A DNA stretch of 57,424 nt from Cyanobacteriota bacterium (GCA_038060635.1 JBBTGK010000308.1:1-57424), one strand, 5' to 3'. Positions 17,498-28,408 are shown, numbered from the stretch's first letter. Program-made: numbers and translations. Notes: generated from the letters alone by a model not told the origin.

Positions 17498-18817
17498 ATG
17501 AAAAAAATAACAGTCCCAGGCATATTAGTTTTGTATCATAGACATTTGTTGGGTAAAGATGCTGCAACAGTAAATGAGAATATAGAAGCTTTTGAAAAAC
17601 ATTCTAAATTTCCAGTTTGGAAAGTAAATACAGAAATAGTTCCATCTAAAGATCTAGAAAAATTAGAATTTAATGTAATTATCTTTCATTACTCTATTTT
17701 TGCAGAAAAATATCATTTATCTGATGAGTATATAAATTTTATACAACAATCCCAAAATTCACATAAAATAGCTTTTTTTCAAGATGAATATAGGTTTTGT
17801 AAACAAAGATTTAAATTCATGAATGATTTTAATATAGATACTGTTTATACTTGTGTAGAACCTGAATATTATCATCTAGTTTATGGTAAATATACTAACG
17901 TAAAACATATAAAAACTTGCTTTCCTGGTTATGTAAGCAAAGAACTTCCAGAAATCGGTAAAAATTTCTTTGTTCCAGATGAAAAAAGAAACTTAGACAT
18001 TGGTTATAGAGGAAGACAATTAGATTTTTTTATGGGAAAAGGAGCTCAAGAAAAACATGTAATAGGATGGGATTTCAAGAAACTTTGTGAAAATAATAAC
18101 TTAAATTTAAATATTGATGTAGATAGTGAGGAAAACTCAAGACTTTATGGCGATAAATGGTATAAATTTATGGCTAACTGTAAGGGTGTTTTAGGAGTAG
18201 AATCTGGTGTTTCTATATTTGATATAGAAGATAAAGTAATAAAAGCATGTGATATATTTTTGAAATCAAAACCAAATGCAACATTTGAAGAAACTTTTGA
18301 TTCAATTCTTTTTGAATGGGAAAATAATATACCATTAAGAACAGTTAGCCCCAGACATTTTGAAGCATCCGCATTTAGAAACTGTCAAATATTATTTGAA
18401 GGAAACTATTCAGGTGTTTTAAAACCTTATGAACACTATATCCCATTAAAAAAAGATTATTCAAATTTTGATGAAGTAATAAAAATATTTACAAATGAAA
18501 AAGAGAGAAATGAAATAACATCAAGGGCTTATAGAGATATTATAGAATCTGGTAATTATACTTATAAAAAATTTATTGAAGGATTTGATGAACATTTATC
18601 TAATGTAGGGGTAAAAAAAGAAGATTTTAATAAAGATAAAATAGATAAAATAATTAATCGAGGTTTATCTATAAGAAAGGCTCAAAAATTATCTTCTACT
18701 GTTGCAATGTCTTATGCAAGAAGAACTTTTTGGTTTATTATGAAAGACGAAGATAAAAGAAAAGCTTTAAAAAATAATATAAAGAAAATTTTTAGAACTA
18801 TAAAAAATAATAGATAA
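17498..18817 (+). CDS. CgeB-like / Glyco_trans_1_2-type GT-B protein, paralogue 1
   Basis: 'VSPRHFEASAFRNCQILFEG...HYIPLKKDYSNFDEV' resembles the C-terminal half of CgeB-type glycosyltransferases (recollection). It is clearly paralogous to 21534-22787 and 22788-24071. Confidence 0.6.
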   Translation: MKKITVPGILVLYHRHLLGKDAATVNENIEAFEKHSKFPVWKVNTEIVPSKDLEKLEFNVIIFHYSIFAEKYHLSDEYINFIQQSQNSHKIAFFQDEYRFCKQRFKFMNDFNIDTVYTCVEPEYYHLVYGKYTNVKHIKTCFPGYVSKELPEIGKNFFVPDEKRNLDIGYRGRQLDFFMGKGAQEKHVIGWDFKKLCENNNLNLNIDVDSEENSRLYGDKWYKFMANCKGVLGVESGVSIFDIEDKVIKACDIFLKSKPNATFEETFDSILFEWENNIPLRTVSPRHFEASAFRNCQILFEGNYSGVLKPYEHYIPLKKDYSNFDEVIKIFTNEKERNEITSRAYRDIIESGNYTYKKFIEGFDEHLSNVGVKKEDFNKDKIDKIINRGLSIRKAQKLSSTVAMSYARRTFWFIMKDEDKRKALKNNIKKIFRTIKNNR

Positions 18818-18826
18818 ATTTAAAAC

Positions 18827-20140
18827 TTAGTTTATTTCTAATGTTTTGTTATTATAATCATCTGAATGTTTTTTTAGAATATAAAAATAATTCATAGATA
18901 AAACTCCTTGTAAATACACATTTGCCATTCCATGCCCTGCTGTATAAGAATGTAAAACAAAAAGTGTTATTGAAATAAAAAAAGTAAATGATAAAAGAGT
19001 TTTTTTTGTTGAAAATAATATAAAAGATTTAAACATTAAAAAAATAGGAAACAAAAAAAGAATTCCACCTAATATATACCCATAAGCACCTATAAGATCA
19101 AATCTATCATTTTCAACTATTTGACCATAAAGTTGATTATTTTCAGAACCAACACTATGAAATATAATAGATTGAACATGTTTACCAAAAGAATATAATC
19201 CTTCTCCAAAAATTTGAAAAACTTCTTCTCTTGAATTTATACGCTCTATTCCAATAACTTCAAATAAATGTCTTGGTGAAACTTTATTTAAAGATAATAT
19301 TTTTATTAAAAGAAATGGATTTGTTATTACTATATAAAAGACTAATCCTATTAAAGATGATAATGATATAAAAGATAAAGAAAAAAGAGAGAATCTTTTT
19401 TTTAAAGATAACTTTTGTTCAAATAATATAGCAAAAGTATAAATAAAAATTAGAAAAACAGCCCCTAATGTACCAGATCTACTTGCGATAAAAACTAATG
19501 ATAAAGCATTTATTGCAAATTTTATAAAATTAGGTAAAGTACTTTTTTTTATAAAATAATAAATATTAAAGGGTAAAATCATTAATAAAGTTAAGCTTAT
19601 ATCATTAATAGCAATAAAAAATGAAGTTGTTCCAAATCCAACACCTTCATAAGATGATAAGCCTATTTTTGTTATCCCAGAAAAAATTATTGCTGAAGAA
19701 GCTATTGTTGCCCAAGTTGTACATTTTTCTATAAGAATATTTATATCTATTTTATAATCTTGATCTACTTTTAATAAAAAAGAGAGAACTATAAAAATAA
19801 GAAGGATTTTTGAAAAATATTGAATTTCCCATGTAAAAGAATAAAATCTATCATAATTGATATAATAAAAAAGCCAAACTGATTGACAGACCAACCAAAG
19901 ACCTGTAATTAAAGAAAGAAAAGATTTTAAATAAAAATTCTTCAATTTAAAAATAAATGGGAATATTAAACATAAAACAGAAACTCTATAAATTATTCCA
20001 ATAGAAAAACTTATATTTAGATATCTCTGTATAAATCCATTAAAAAGATCAATAAAAACAGGAAAAACAAAAATAGACATTATAAGTATATAATTTAGAC
20101 TTTTTTTCTCTAATATACTTTTTTCCATATCTTTATTCAA
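18827..20140 (-). CDS. O-antigen polymerase/ligase family membrane protein (Wzy-like)
   Basis: 437-aa polytopic membrane protein. 'IASRSGTLGAVFLIFIY' matches the Wzy_C/O-antigen-ligase core. It is adjacent to a Wzz-like gene. Confidence 0.75.
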   Translation of the reverse strand: MNKDMEKSILEKKSLNYILIMSIFVFPVFIDLFNGFIQRYLNISFSIGIIYRVSVLCLIFPFIFKLKNFYLKSFLSLITGLWLVCQSVWLFYYINYDRFYSFTWEIQYFSKILLIFIVLSFLLKVDQDYKIDINILIEKCTTWATIASSAIIFSGITKIGLSSYEGVGFGTTSFFIAINDISLTLLMILPFNIYYFIKKSTLPNFIKFAINALSLVFIASRSGTLGAVFLIFIYTFAILFEQKLSLKKRFSLFSLSFISLSSLIGLVFYIVITNPFLLIKILSLNKVSPRHLFEVIGIERINSREEVFQIFGEGLYSFGKHVQSIIFHSVGSENNQLYGQIVENDRFDLIGAYGYILGGILFLFPIFLMFKSFILFSTKKTLLSFTFFISITLFVLHSYTAGHGMANVYLQGVLSMNYFYILKKHSDDYNNKTLEIN

Positions 20141-20167
20141 TGTAATTACTTATATAAATAAAAAGTT

Positions 20168-21373
20168 TCATGAAAGAAAAATAGCTTTTCTAAATGATTT
20201 CTTAAGGTTCTGTAATTCTTCATATATTTCTTTATGTTCATTTTCCAAACGAAGAACTTTAGATTTTATAGAATAGTATAAAAGAGTTAAAACAATGGTT
20301 ATTAAGCAAATAATAATCATTGCTAATGTTCTTTTGGGACCTTCTTTTTCTGTTGGTGGTGTTGCTTTATCAATAATAATTATATTTACTTTTTCCTTTG
20401 CTTCTTTTAATTTTATTATTTCAAGTTGATTAACTAAAAAATTAAGAATCTCTTCTTTTATTTTTATTTCTCTTAATAACTTCACATAATTTTTTGCTAG
20501 TGATGGATATTGATTTAAATTCATATCATACGAAGAAGTTTTTTTTGTAGGATTTTCTTGTGTTAATAAATTTATCTCTTTTTTTAAATTATTTATTCTT
20601 TCATTTATACTTTTTATTTTAGGACTATTTTCAGAATATAAAACTTCTAATGCTTTTTTTTCAGATTCATTAGAGATAACCTGCATTTGAAGTGTTGATA
20701 TTTTATTTAAGGTTGAATCTCCTTGTTTTTCAGGACTTATAGCTTTATTAGAAAGTTCAAAATTTATCAATTTTGTATTATTAATTTCTAATTCTTCTTT
20801 TACACTATTTATTCTTTTTGTTAAAAATTCATTTTGACTGTTTAATCCTTTGCTATTAACAAATTCAGTTATAAAATATGAAAGATAATTAACATATTCG
20901 TTCGCAATATCTGAAGCCAATTTTGGATCTTTATTTCTAACTTTTACTTCCATATAACCAGAATTATCATTAACAACAGTTACGATTCCTTTTAACATAT
21001 TAATTGCATCATCAAGTTTTTCAATTTTTAATTTTTCTAAAAGATTGAACTTTTTTACGATATGTTCATTTAACGGAACAGAACGTAAAAGTTTTACATA
21101 AATATCATCAAGCGAATTGCTACTACCATTAATCAAATTTGATAAATTTACAGATGATGCAGATGATGTATTTGCAAAAGATAATTCGCCTTTTTCTATA
21201 GTTCCAGCTGGAGATAAAAAAGTTGCTTTAGCTAAATATAGATTTGGCATTCTATAAAGATAAATACCAGACAAAACACTAACTATTATTAAATTTATTA
21301 TTATGTTATTTTTGATTTTTAAAATAAAATCAATTATTTTTATAATTGAAATTAGATATTCTTTTTCATTCAT
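20168..21373 (-). CDS. Polysaccharide co-polymerase / chain-length determinant (Wzz-like, no kinase domain)
   Basis: An N-terminal TM is followed by 'MPNLYLAKATFL'. A long coiled-coil periplasmic region follows, then a C-terminal TM after 'GPKRTLAMIIICLITIVL'. No Walker-A tyrosine-kinase module is present. Confidence 0.75.
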   Translation of the reverse strand: MNEKEYLISIIKIIDFILKIKNNIIINLIIVSVLSGIYLYRMPNLYLAKATFLSPAGTIEKGELSFANTSSASSVNLSNLINGSSNSLDDIYVKLLRSVPLNEHIVKKFNLLEKLKIEKLDDAINMLKGIVTVVNDNSGYMEVKVRNKDPKLASDIANEYVNYLSYFITEFVNSKGLNSQNEFLTKRINSVKEELEINNTKLINFELSNKAISPEKQGDSTLNKISTLQMQVISNESEKKALEVLYSENSPKIKSINERINNLKKEINLLTQENPTKKTSSYDMNLNQYPSLAKNYVKLLREIKIKEEILNFLVNQLEIIKLKEAKEKVNIIIIDKATPPTEKEGPKRTLAMIIICLITIVLTLLYYSIKSKVLRLENEHKEIYEELQNLKKSFRKAIFLS

Positions 21374-21533
21374 TAGTAATTTTCAATATCCAAGTCTAAA
21401 AATTTTTATATGTAAACATTGCACTAAGTTTTATATTTTATAACAAAATAAAAAAATAAACTGTTTTTATTGAATAATATTAATAAAATTATTGTAGAAT
21501 TATATTTCTAAAATGATTTATATAAAAATAAAA

Positions 21534-22787
21534 ATGAAGAAAAAAAAAGTTAACGGGATATTATTACTCTATCATTATCCTTTACATAGAAAAGATGCCT
21601 TTACAATAAATGAGCATATTTTTTCTTTTGGACAAAATTCAAAATTTGATGTTTGGGAACTAAATACAGCTCTAGGATTTGATTCACACTTAAAAGAGTT
21701 AGAATTTGATATAATTATACTCCATTATTCCTTATTTGGTGCTGGTTCTTATTATGACATTTCTGATGATTTTTGTAATTATATAAAAGAAGTTTCATCA
21801 TATAAAATAGCTTTTTTTCAGGATGAATATAGATATTGCCAAAGACGATTTAAATTTATAAATGAAAACAATATCTCTACAATCTATACTTGCCTTGAAA
21901 AAAAATATCATCATTTAGTTTATGGAAAATATACTAACGCTAAACACATAATTCATAATTTAACAGGTTATGTTAGTGAAGATTTATTAGGAATAAGTAA
22001 AAAATTTTCATTACCTTATGAAGAAAGAAAAATAGACATTGGTTATAGAGCAAGACGATTAGAGTTTTATATGGGTAAAGGTGGTCAAGAAAAACATCTT
22101 ATCGGTGAAAAATTTTTACAAATAGCAGAAGAAAAAAAAATTAATTTATCTTTAGATATTGATGTAGAAGAAAAAAATCGTTTGTATGGAGAAGAATGGC
22201 ATAAATTTGTAGGAAATTGTAAATCTATGCTAGGAGTAGAATCTGGAGTATCAGTTTTTGATGTAGAAGATGAAGTAACTAAAGAATATGAAATTATGAT
22301 TAAAGAAAAACCTAATATGGAATTTGATGAATTTTATAACAAAATTCTTTATAAATACGAAGATAAAATACCATTAAGAACTGTAAGCCCAAGAAACTTT
22401 GAAGCAATTGCTTTTGGTACAATTCAAATTCTTTTTGAAGGTAATTATGCAGATATGCTAAAAGCTGATCTGCACTATATTCCATTAAAAAAAGATTTTT
22501 CTAATTTTGACGAAGTTATAAATAAATTGGAAGATAAAAACTATACTAATAAAATAATTGATACGGCATTCAAAGATATTATAGAATCAGGTAATTATAC
22601 TTACAAAAAATTTATCGAAGAGTTTGATAATCATTTATATCTATTAGGATTTACGGCATATAAAAATACAGATTACAAAAAAACACGACATATCCTCGAT
22701 AAAAACGTATTTATAAGAAAAATACTAAAACTTACATCTTATTACTTTAGTCGAATAAAATTAAGGATTTATAGATATATAAAATAA
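21534..22787 (+). CDS. CgeB-like / Glyco_trans_1_2-type GT-B protein, paralogue 2
   Basis: 'IAFFQDEYRYCQRRFKFINENNISTIYTC', 'VSPRNFEAIAFG' and 'HYIPLKKDFSNFDEV' are collinear with paralogue 1. ATG 21534 (MKKKKVNGILLLYH) aligns with the paralogue-1 N-terminus. The ORF could start at 21513. Confidence 0.6.
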   Translation: MKKKKVNGILLLYHYPLHRKDAFTINEHIFSFGQNSKFDVWELNTALGFDSHLKELEFDIIILHYSLFGAGSYYDISDDFCNYIKEVSSYKIAFFQDEYRYCQRRFKFINENNISTIYTCLEKKYHHLVYGKYTNAKHIIHNLTGYVSEDLLGISKKFSLPYEERKIDIGYRARRLEFYMGKGGQEKHLIGEKFLQIAEEKKINLSLDIDVEEKNRLYGEEWHKFVGNCKSMLGVESGVSVFDVEDEVTKEYEIMIKEKPNMEFDEFYNKILYKYEDKIPLRTVSPRNFEAIAFGTIQILFEGNYADMLKADLHYIPLKKDFSNFDEVINKLEDKNYTNKIIDTAFKDIIESGNYTYKKFIEEFDNHLYLLGFTAYKNTDYKKTRHILDKNVFIRKILKLTSYYFSRIKLRIYRYIK

Positions 22788-24071
22788 CTATTTATTCATT
22801 CTACTCTTCTCAAAATTTTTTATTTTCATAAAAATATTTTTAGGTATCATTTTTTCTATTTTATTTTTAATTAAAACTTTAAAATTACCTTCTTTTTCTT
22901 TGATAGATGAATAAAAGAAAAAGGATTTTTCTTTTAAATTTAAGTCTTTATTATCTTCCTTTTTTAAAGAATTATCTATTATAAATTTAACATATTTAGA
23001 ATAATCATATTTACCTGAAAGAACAATATCATTATAAGCATTTTCTACAATTTTTTCTCTTAATTCATCTTTTTTTATAATTTCTAAAACTTCATCAATA
23101 TTACTAAAATCTTTTTTAACAGGAATATAATGTTTCCAAGGTTCTAAAATTCCATTATATTCACCTTCTATAAGAATTTGACATGTTTTTGTTACACAAC
23201 ATTCCAAATGTCTAGGAGAAATTGCAGTTAATTTTAAATTACCATCTAATCCCTTAAAACAATTTTCTTCTACTTCTTCAAAACTAGCATTTGGGTTTTG
23301 TTCAATAAATTTTTCTGTTTTTATTTTTATTTCACCTGTAACATCTAAAATTCCAGCGCCACTTTCAACTCCTATAACATATTTACATCTTAAAAGAAAT
23401 TTAATCCAATCATTTCCTAATAAAAAATCTTTTGAATTTGTAGAAATATTTATATCAATTCCTTTTTTTGGTGCTTTATCTTGAAAAATTTTAGCTATTT
23501 GGTATTTTAAATAACCAAATCGTCCTAATGATGCAGAACTTCCCCAAAGTGCAGCTCTATAACCAATATCGATATCTCTATGTTTTATTTGTTTTTCTAA
23601 TTCTAAAACTATATCATTTTTTTCTTTATCCAAATATCCTGTTAATGCTGGATAAAACTTTGTTTTATCAAAATTTATAGTCGGATATATTTTTTTCCAT
23701 TCTGATTCTGGAGCAACAGAAAAAATATTATTAATTTCGAATTCATTGATGAAATCACATAAAATATCTGTATTAATAAATTCATCTTGAGGTTGCATTA
23801 CTTTTATTGCATTAATTTTTTTTAATACTCGACACCTATCAATTATTAGTTTAAAAACATCTAAATCTGATTTTGAACATACAAACATGGTAGTAAAAAT
23901 AATTAAATCAAAATTTATTTTAGTTAAATAAGAAAGATCTTTTGTTACCCTTACATTAACATAAATTATATTATGTTCATTTGAATATTTTTTAAAACAA
24001 TACAAATGATCTTCCATTGTAGATCTTATAGGATGGTGAAAATTACTATAAACAATTAATATATTAGACAT
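22788..24071 (-). CDS. CgeB-like / Glyco_trans_1_2-type GT-B protein, paralogue 3 (divergent)
   Basis: 'ISPRHLECCVTKTCQILIEGEYNGILEPWKHYIPVKKDFSNIDEV' and 'GKYDYSKYVKFI' parallel the other two. Its stop codon abuts the stop of paralogue 2 (22785-22787 / 22788-22790). Confidence 0.6.
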   Translation of the reverse strand: MSNILIVYSNFHHPIRSTMEDHLYCFKKYSNEHNIIYVNVRVTKDLSYLTKINFDLIIFTTMFVCSKSDLDVFKLIIDRCRVLKKINAIKVMQPQDEFINTDILCDFINEFEINNIFSVAPESEWKKIYPTINFDKTKFYPALTGYLDKEKNDIVLELEKQIKHRDIDIGYRAALWGSSASLGRFGYLKYQIAKIFQDKAPKKGIDINISTNSKDFLLGNDWIKFLLRCKYVIGVESGAGILDVTGEIKIKTEKFIEQNPNASFEEVEENCFKGLDGNLKLTAISPRHLECCVTKTCQILIEGEYNGILEPWKHYIPVKKDFSNIDEVLEIIKKDELREKIVENAYNDIVLSGKYDYSKYVKFIIDNSLKKEDNKDLNLKEKSFFFYSSIKEKEGNFKVLIKNKIEKMIPKNIFMKIKNFEKSRMNK

Positions 24072-24240
24072 AAGTATATTTTTAGCTTTCTTTTGTTAAT
24101 TTTATGATTTTGTCATAATTTTTCAAAAATAATATAGTCAATAATTGTATCAAATTAATATATCAATTAATTATAAAGATTTTTTATTTTTATTAATAAT
24201 GCTTTTGGTGTTAATAAAAAGGGTTTAAGTAATATAAAAT

Positions 24241-25359
24241 TTATGTTTTAATTATTTGATTTAATCTAAAAAAAATATCTTCATTTACAATTTCAGACTT
24301 ATATTCAGAAGAAATTTTTAAAGAATTTAATTTAAAATTTTCTTTTTCTAAAACTGATAAATTATAAAATTTAATTATTTTATCAGCTAAATCATTTTCA
24401 TTTCCAATTTCAAACAAAAAACCATTATTATTATCAAAAATATAATCTTTTAAAGGGTATATATTAGAACCTATAACAGGAACTCCACAAGCCAATGCCT
24501 CAATCCCAGATAAACCTAAGCTTTCTACAAAAGTTGGAAAAATAAAAACATCAAAAGAATTAAAAATATAGCAAAGGTCTTTTTGTTGTACTTGTCCTAA
24601 ATAATTAACTTCTTTTTCTAAATCTAACTCTTTGACCATATTTAAAAAATTCTGTACATCATGCCCAGTACCACTAACTAAACTTTTAAACTTTATACCT
24701 TTTTCTTTTAGAATTTTCAAAGATTTTAAATATATATCCCACCCTTTACCTATTTTTATTCCACCAGCATAACCAATAACAAAATCATCTTTATTTAAAT
24801 CAAATCTGTTTTTACATTCATTTTTATCTAAAGGCATAAATATTTTTGAATTAATTCCTCCTGATGGATAAACATGAATCAAATCTTCAGAAAAATCTAA
24901 TTTTTTAGAAATTTGTGTTTTGTAATATTTTGAAGGGGAAACTAAAAGATCTGCTTTTTTTGATAGTTTTTTAAAAAAAGGAAAAAGGATTTTATGAATT
25001 CTTTCAGATTCCATATTTCCAGATTGTAATGACGGAATATCAGCACCATGAATATTAATAACCATCTTTCTTTTTACAAAAAAGAGTAATATTAATAATG
25101 GAATTGAGCAATGTGTACCATAATTAACATAAATAAGATCATATTTTTTAAATAATCCCTTAAATATTATGCTTATATATAGATTTAAATATTTTATAAT
25201 TTTATCTACTTTATTTTTTCCTCTTCCTGATATAACTGATTTAACAGAAAAATCAATTTTGTATGAAAGAGAAAGAGATGTTTCAAAATTTTTTACAAAA
25301 ACTCCATACTCAGGATTAGTATTTGATGGATACATATTTGAAATCAAAAATATTTTCAT
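24241..25359 (-). CDS. Glycosyltransferase family 4 (GT-B, group 1)
   Basis: The C-terminal 'PTFVESLGLSGIEALACGVPVIGS' is the EX7E-type GT4 signature. Confidence 0.85.
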   Translation of the reverse strand: MKIFLISNMYPSNTNPEYGVFVKNFETSLSLSYKIDFSVKSVISGRGKNKVDKIIKYLNLYISIIFKGLFKKYDLIYVNYGTHCSIPLLILLFFVKRKMVINIHGADIPSLQSGNMESERIHKILFPFFKKLSKKADLLVSPSKYYKTQISKKLDFSEDLIHVYPSGGINSKIFMPLDKNECKNRFDLNKDDFVIGYAGGIKIGKGWDIYLKSLKILKEKGIKFKSLVSGTGHDVQNFLNMVKELDLEKEVNYLGQVQQKDLCYIFNSFDVFIFPTFVESLGLSGIEALACGVPVIGSNIYPLKDYIFDNNNGFLFEIGNENDLADKIIKFYNLSVLEKENFKLNSLKISSEYKSEIVNEDIFFRLNQIIKT

Positions 25360-25371
25360 ATTATATAAAAA

Positions 25372-26577
25372 CTAACTATTAACTATTTTAACTAAATTCT
25401 GAAGTTTTTCTTTCATGATATTCCAAGAAATTTCTTTATTAATAGATGAAGCCTTTTCTACATAATTTTTACTTTCTTCGTAGTTATTATAAATATGAAG
25501 TAATTGTTTACAAAAATCATCTTCATCATTATCTTTGAAGTAATAAATAGAATCATTTGGGAAATATGACATAACACTATCTAAATTAGAACTTATTACT
25601 GGTATTTCATAATGAACATATTCTGCTAATTTATTTGAAAAAGAAAGGTTTGACATAATATCTTTTTTTATCGGTAAAATACCTAAGTTTGCTTTTGAAA
25701 GTATTTCAGGTATTGCTTTATGACTTACTCTGCCATGAATAAAAACAATTTTTGATAAATCAAATTCTTTTACTAAAGATTCTAATAATTCTATTTGATT
25801 TCCATCGCCATAAATATGAAATTCAAAATTAGGTATTTTATCTTTTATTTTAACTAAAGCCCTAACTGCAAAATCTAAATTATATAATTTGGTTATAGTT
25901 CCGTGATAAACTGCAAAAAATTTGTCTGTTTGTTGTTTAACTATTTTTGGCATAGTTTCTTCATCTACAGTATTCATAATTATAGTAATGTCATTTTTTA
26001 ATTTAGCTCTACCAGAAAACTGGTCTTTTAATTGATTATTAACTGTTATTACATAATCTGCATATTGTAAGCTTATTTTTTCAATAAACTTTAAAGTTTT
26101 TATAATAATATGATTTTCAGATAAATTGTATTTAGATACAAAAAACTCAGGCATTATTTCGTGCATATCCAAAACAACTTTAGCTCCTTTTCTTTTAGCT
26201 GGATAAGAACCAAAAACTAAAAAATCTGGAAGAGTATGAACATGAACAATATCGAATTTTTTTGTTTTAAGTAATTTATTTAATTTTAGAGTACAAAGAG
26301 CAAAAAAAGTAAAATATTCAAAAATATATCTTATTTTAGAACCTCTTTTTTTAGGTATATCAATTCTATGAACATTAACGCCATCTACAACTTCAAAAGG
26401 AGTTTCAGCGGTATCTTTTAAACAAATAATATCTAGGTTATGACCAGATTCTAAAATAGCCTGAGCTTCTTTTCTTACTCTGGTATCTTTTGGGTAATAT
26501 TCTTGCAAAAGCATTACAATACTAGCTTTTTTATCTGTTTTTATAGGTGTAATATTTTTTTCTAATTGTCCATTCAT
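25372..26577 (-). CDS. Glycosyltransferase family 4-like (GT-B)
   Basis: GT-B layout: N-terminal 'DIVHVHTLPDFLVF', then 'GRVSHKAIPEILSKANLGILP...FSNKLAEYVHYEIPVISS'. The gene sits 1 bp after the AsnB-like gene. Confidence 0.75.
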   Translation of the reverse strand: MNGQLEKNITPIKTDKKASIVMLLQEYYPKDTRVRKEAQAILESGHNLDIICLKDTAETPFEVVDGVNVHRIDIPKKRGSKIRYIFEYFTFFALCTLKLNKLLKTKKFDIVHVHTLPDFLVFGSYPAKRKGAKVVLDMHEIMPEFFVSKYNLSENHIIIKTLKFIEKISLQYADYVITVNNQLKDQFSGRAKLKNDITIIMNTVDEETMPKIVKQQTDKFFAVYHGTITKLYNLDFAVRALVKIKDKIPNFEFHIYGDGNQIELLESLVKEFDLSKIVFIHGRVSHKAIPEILSKANLGILPIKKDIMSNLSFSNKLAEYVHYEIPVISSNLDSVMSYFPNDSIYYFKDNDEDDFCKQLLHIYNNYEESKNYVEKASSINKEISWNIMKEKLQNLVKIVNS

Positions 26578-26578
26578 T

Positions 26579-28408
26579 TTAACAAAACTCTTGCATCCAA
26601 TAATATAAAGATATAAGAGAAAAAAGTTGTTTTTCTTTATTTATACCTTGTTTTATATGTTGATCAAAAACATCTTTAACTGCATTAAGGTCAAAATAAT
26701 TAGCAAATTTACTATTTTTATCTAAACACAAAAGCTCATAATACTTTGCCCCTACTTTTTCTTTAAACCATTTTTCTGTAGGAGTTTTAAATCCTTTTTT
26801 GGGTCTATAAACTATTTCTTTTGGTAAAACAGATTCTGCGAATTTTTTGTGTATTATTTTACCTTTTTTAATATCAAGTCGATATTTATAAGGCAAAGAT
26901 TCCATAAAATCAACAAGTTCATTATCTAACATAGGAACTCTTCCTTCTACAGAAAAATTCATTGCTATTTTATCTGCACATAAAAGTAAATCATCTGATA
27001 AATTCATTCTTAAATCATTTGACATTAAAGCTTCTACAGGTTTTTTATTTTTTCCATCAAGTAGTTTATAAAAATAGTTGATTGTTTCTAAACTTTTATT
27101 CGTTGTAGTATGAATTAAATTATTTATTTCATCATATTTAAACATCGCATACGTATTATCAAATCTTTTTACTATGTTTTCTTCACCTAAAGCATATAAA
27201 GCTCTTGCTATCTTTTCTTTTTTCTTAAAATAATCTTCATATACAGAAAGACCTTGAATTAAAAACTGAGGTATATGATTCAAATATAATTCACCTTGGT
27301 ATCTAGGATAACCTCCTAATGGCTCATCTGCACCTTGACCAGAAAGAACAACTTTGACATGTTTACTTACCAATTCACTAAGATAATACAATGGAATAGT
27401 AGATGTTGTTCCTAATGGTTCTTCCAATGTTTTTACAAGTTTTTTAAAAACATCATCAAATTCTGTATCATTTATTAAAACTTCAAAATGTTCTGTGCCC
27501 AAAATATTAGCTGTTTCTCTTGCTTCATCAACTTCATTTGCATCATCATTTTCTTTAAAACCAACAGTAAATGTTTTCATTTTTTTATCATAATGTTTTG
27601 TAGCATAATAAGCTACTAAAGCAGAATCTATTCCTCCACTTAATAAAATACCAACATCTACATCAGACATTAGTTGTCTTTTTACTCCATTTTCAAACAG
27701 TGTCCCATATTTTTCTAAAGCGTCATCAAAAGATATAGAATTATCTATTTTAACAGGCTCTATATATGAAAAAACACTAGTTTTATAACTTTCTAAATCA
27801 TATTTTATTATATGTCCTGGAATAACTTTTTTTATGTTATCAAAAAGTGTATAAGGAGAAGGTGTATATCTTAGTCTTAACATAAGTGCTAAGTTTTCTT
27901 TATCTAATTCTGCTTTTGCTAGTTTTTTTACTGGTTTTAATTCTGATGAGAATACAAATTCATTGTTGTTATGGTAGTAATAAATAGGTTTTACACCAAA
28001 TCTATCACGAACTATATATAAGCTGTTATTTCTTTTATCTAAAACTGCAAAAGCAAATATTCCATTAAATTTTTTTACTGATTCTATACCAAATTTGGAA
28101 ATATAATTAACAATAGTTTCACTATCAGAGTGTCCTTTAAAATCTATTTCTGTAAGCTCTTTTCTTAATTCAAGATGATTATATATTTCACCATTAAAAA
28201 CCATTAAATAATTACCACACGATGAGGACATTGGTTGATGACCAGTTGGTGATAAATCAACGATTGATAAACGTCTATGCCCAAAAGTTATTTTATTATT
28301 ATTAAATTCAAACCTTTCTAAACCAAAATCATCTGGTCCTCGATGTTTAATTAGATCTAAAACATCTTTATCAAAAAATAAGTTTACTGAACCTAAAATA
28401 CCACACAT
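26579..28408 (-). CDS. Asparagine synthase (glutamine-hydrolysing)-like amidotransferase, copy 2
   Basis: 'MCGILG' N-terminal Cys nucleophile and 'LLSGGIDSAL' PP-loop. 609 aa. Confidence 0.9.
   Translation of the reverse strand: MCGILGSVNLFFDKDVLDLIKHRGPDDFGLERFEFNNNKITFGHRRLSIVDLSPTGHQPMSSSCGNYLMVFNGEIYNHLELRKELTEIDFKGHSDSETIVNYISKFGIESVKKFNGIFAFAVLDKRNNSLYIVRDRFGVKPIYYYHNNNEFVFSSELKPVKKLAKAELDKENLALMLRLRYTPSPYTLFDNIKKVIPGHIIKYDLESYKTSVFSYIEPVKIDNSISFDDALEKYGTLFENGVKRQLMSDVDVGILLSGGIDSALVAYYATKHYDKKMKTFTVGFKENDDANEVDEARETANILGTEHFEVLINDTEFDDVFKKLVKTLEEPLGTTSTIPLYYLSELVSKHVKVVLSGQGADEPLGGYPRYQGELYLNHIPQFLIQGLSVYEDYFKKKEKIARALYALGEENIVKRFDNTYAMFKYDEINNLIHTTTNKSLETINYFYKLLDGKNKKPVEALMSNDLRMNLSDDLLLCADKIAMNFSVEGRVPMLDNELVDFMESLPYKYRLDIKKGKIIHKKFAESVLPKEIVYRPKKGFKTPTEKWFKEKVGAKYYELLCLDKNSKFANYFDLNAVKDVFDQHIKQGINKEKQLFSLISLYYWMQEFC

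Noticed and set aside
16578-21500. The shared GTAGAATTA sequence upstream of 16628 (16581-16589) and 21534 (21494-21502), considered as -10 promoter elements
   Set aside because: TAGAAT-like hexamers are expected by chance at high frequency in this composition. No convincing -35 partner is present, so I do not list them as features.
22785-22790. The abutting stop codons of convergent paralogues 2 and 3, and the similar stop overlap at 53028-53031
   Set aside because: These reflect compact genome packing. No hairpin or other signal is visible at either junction, so I see no specific function.
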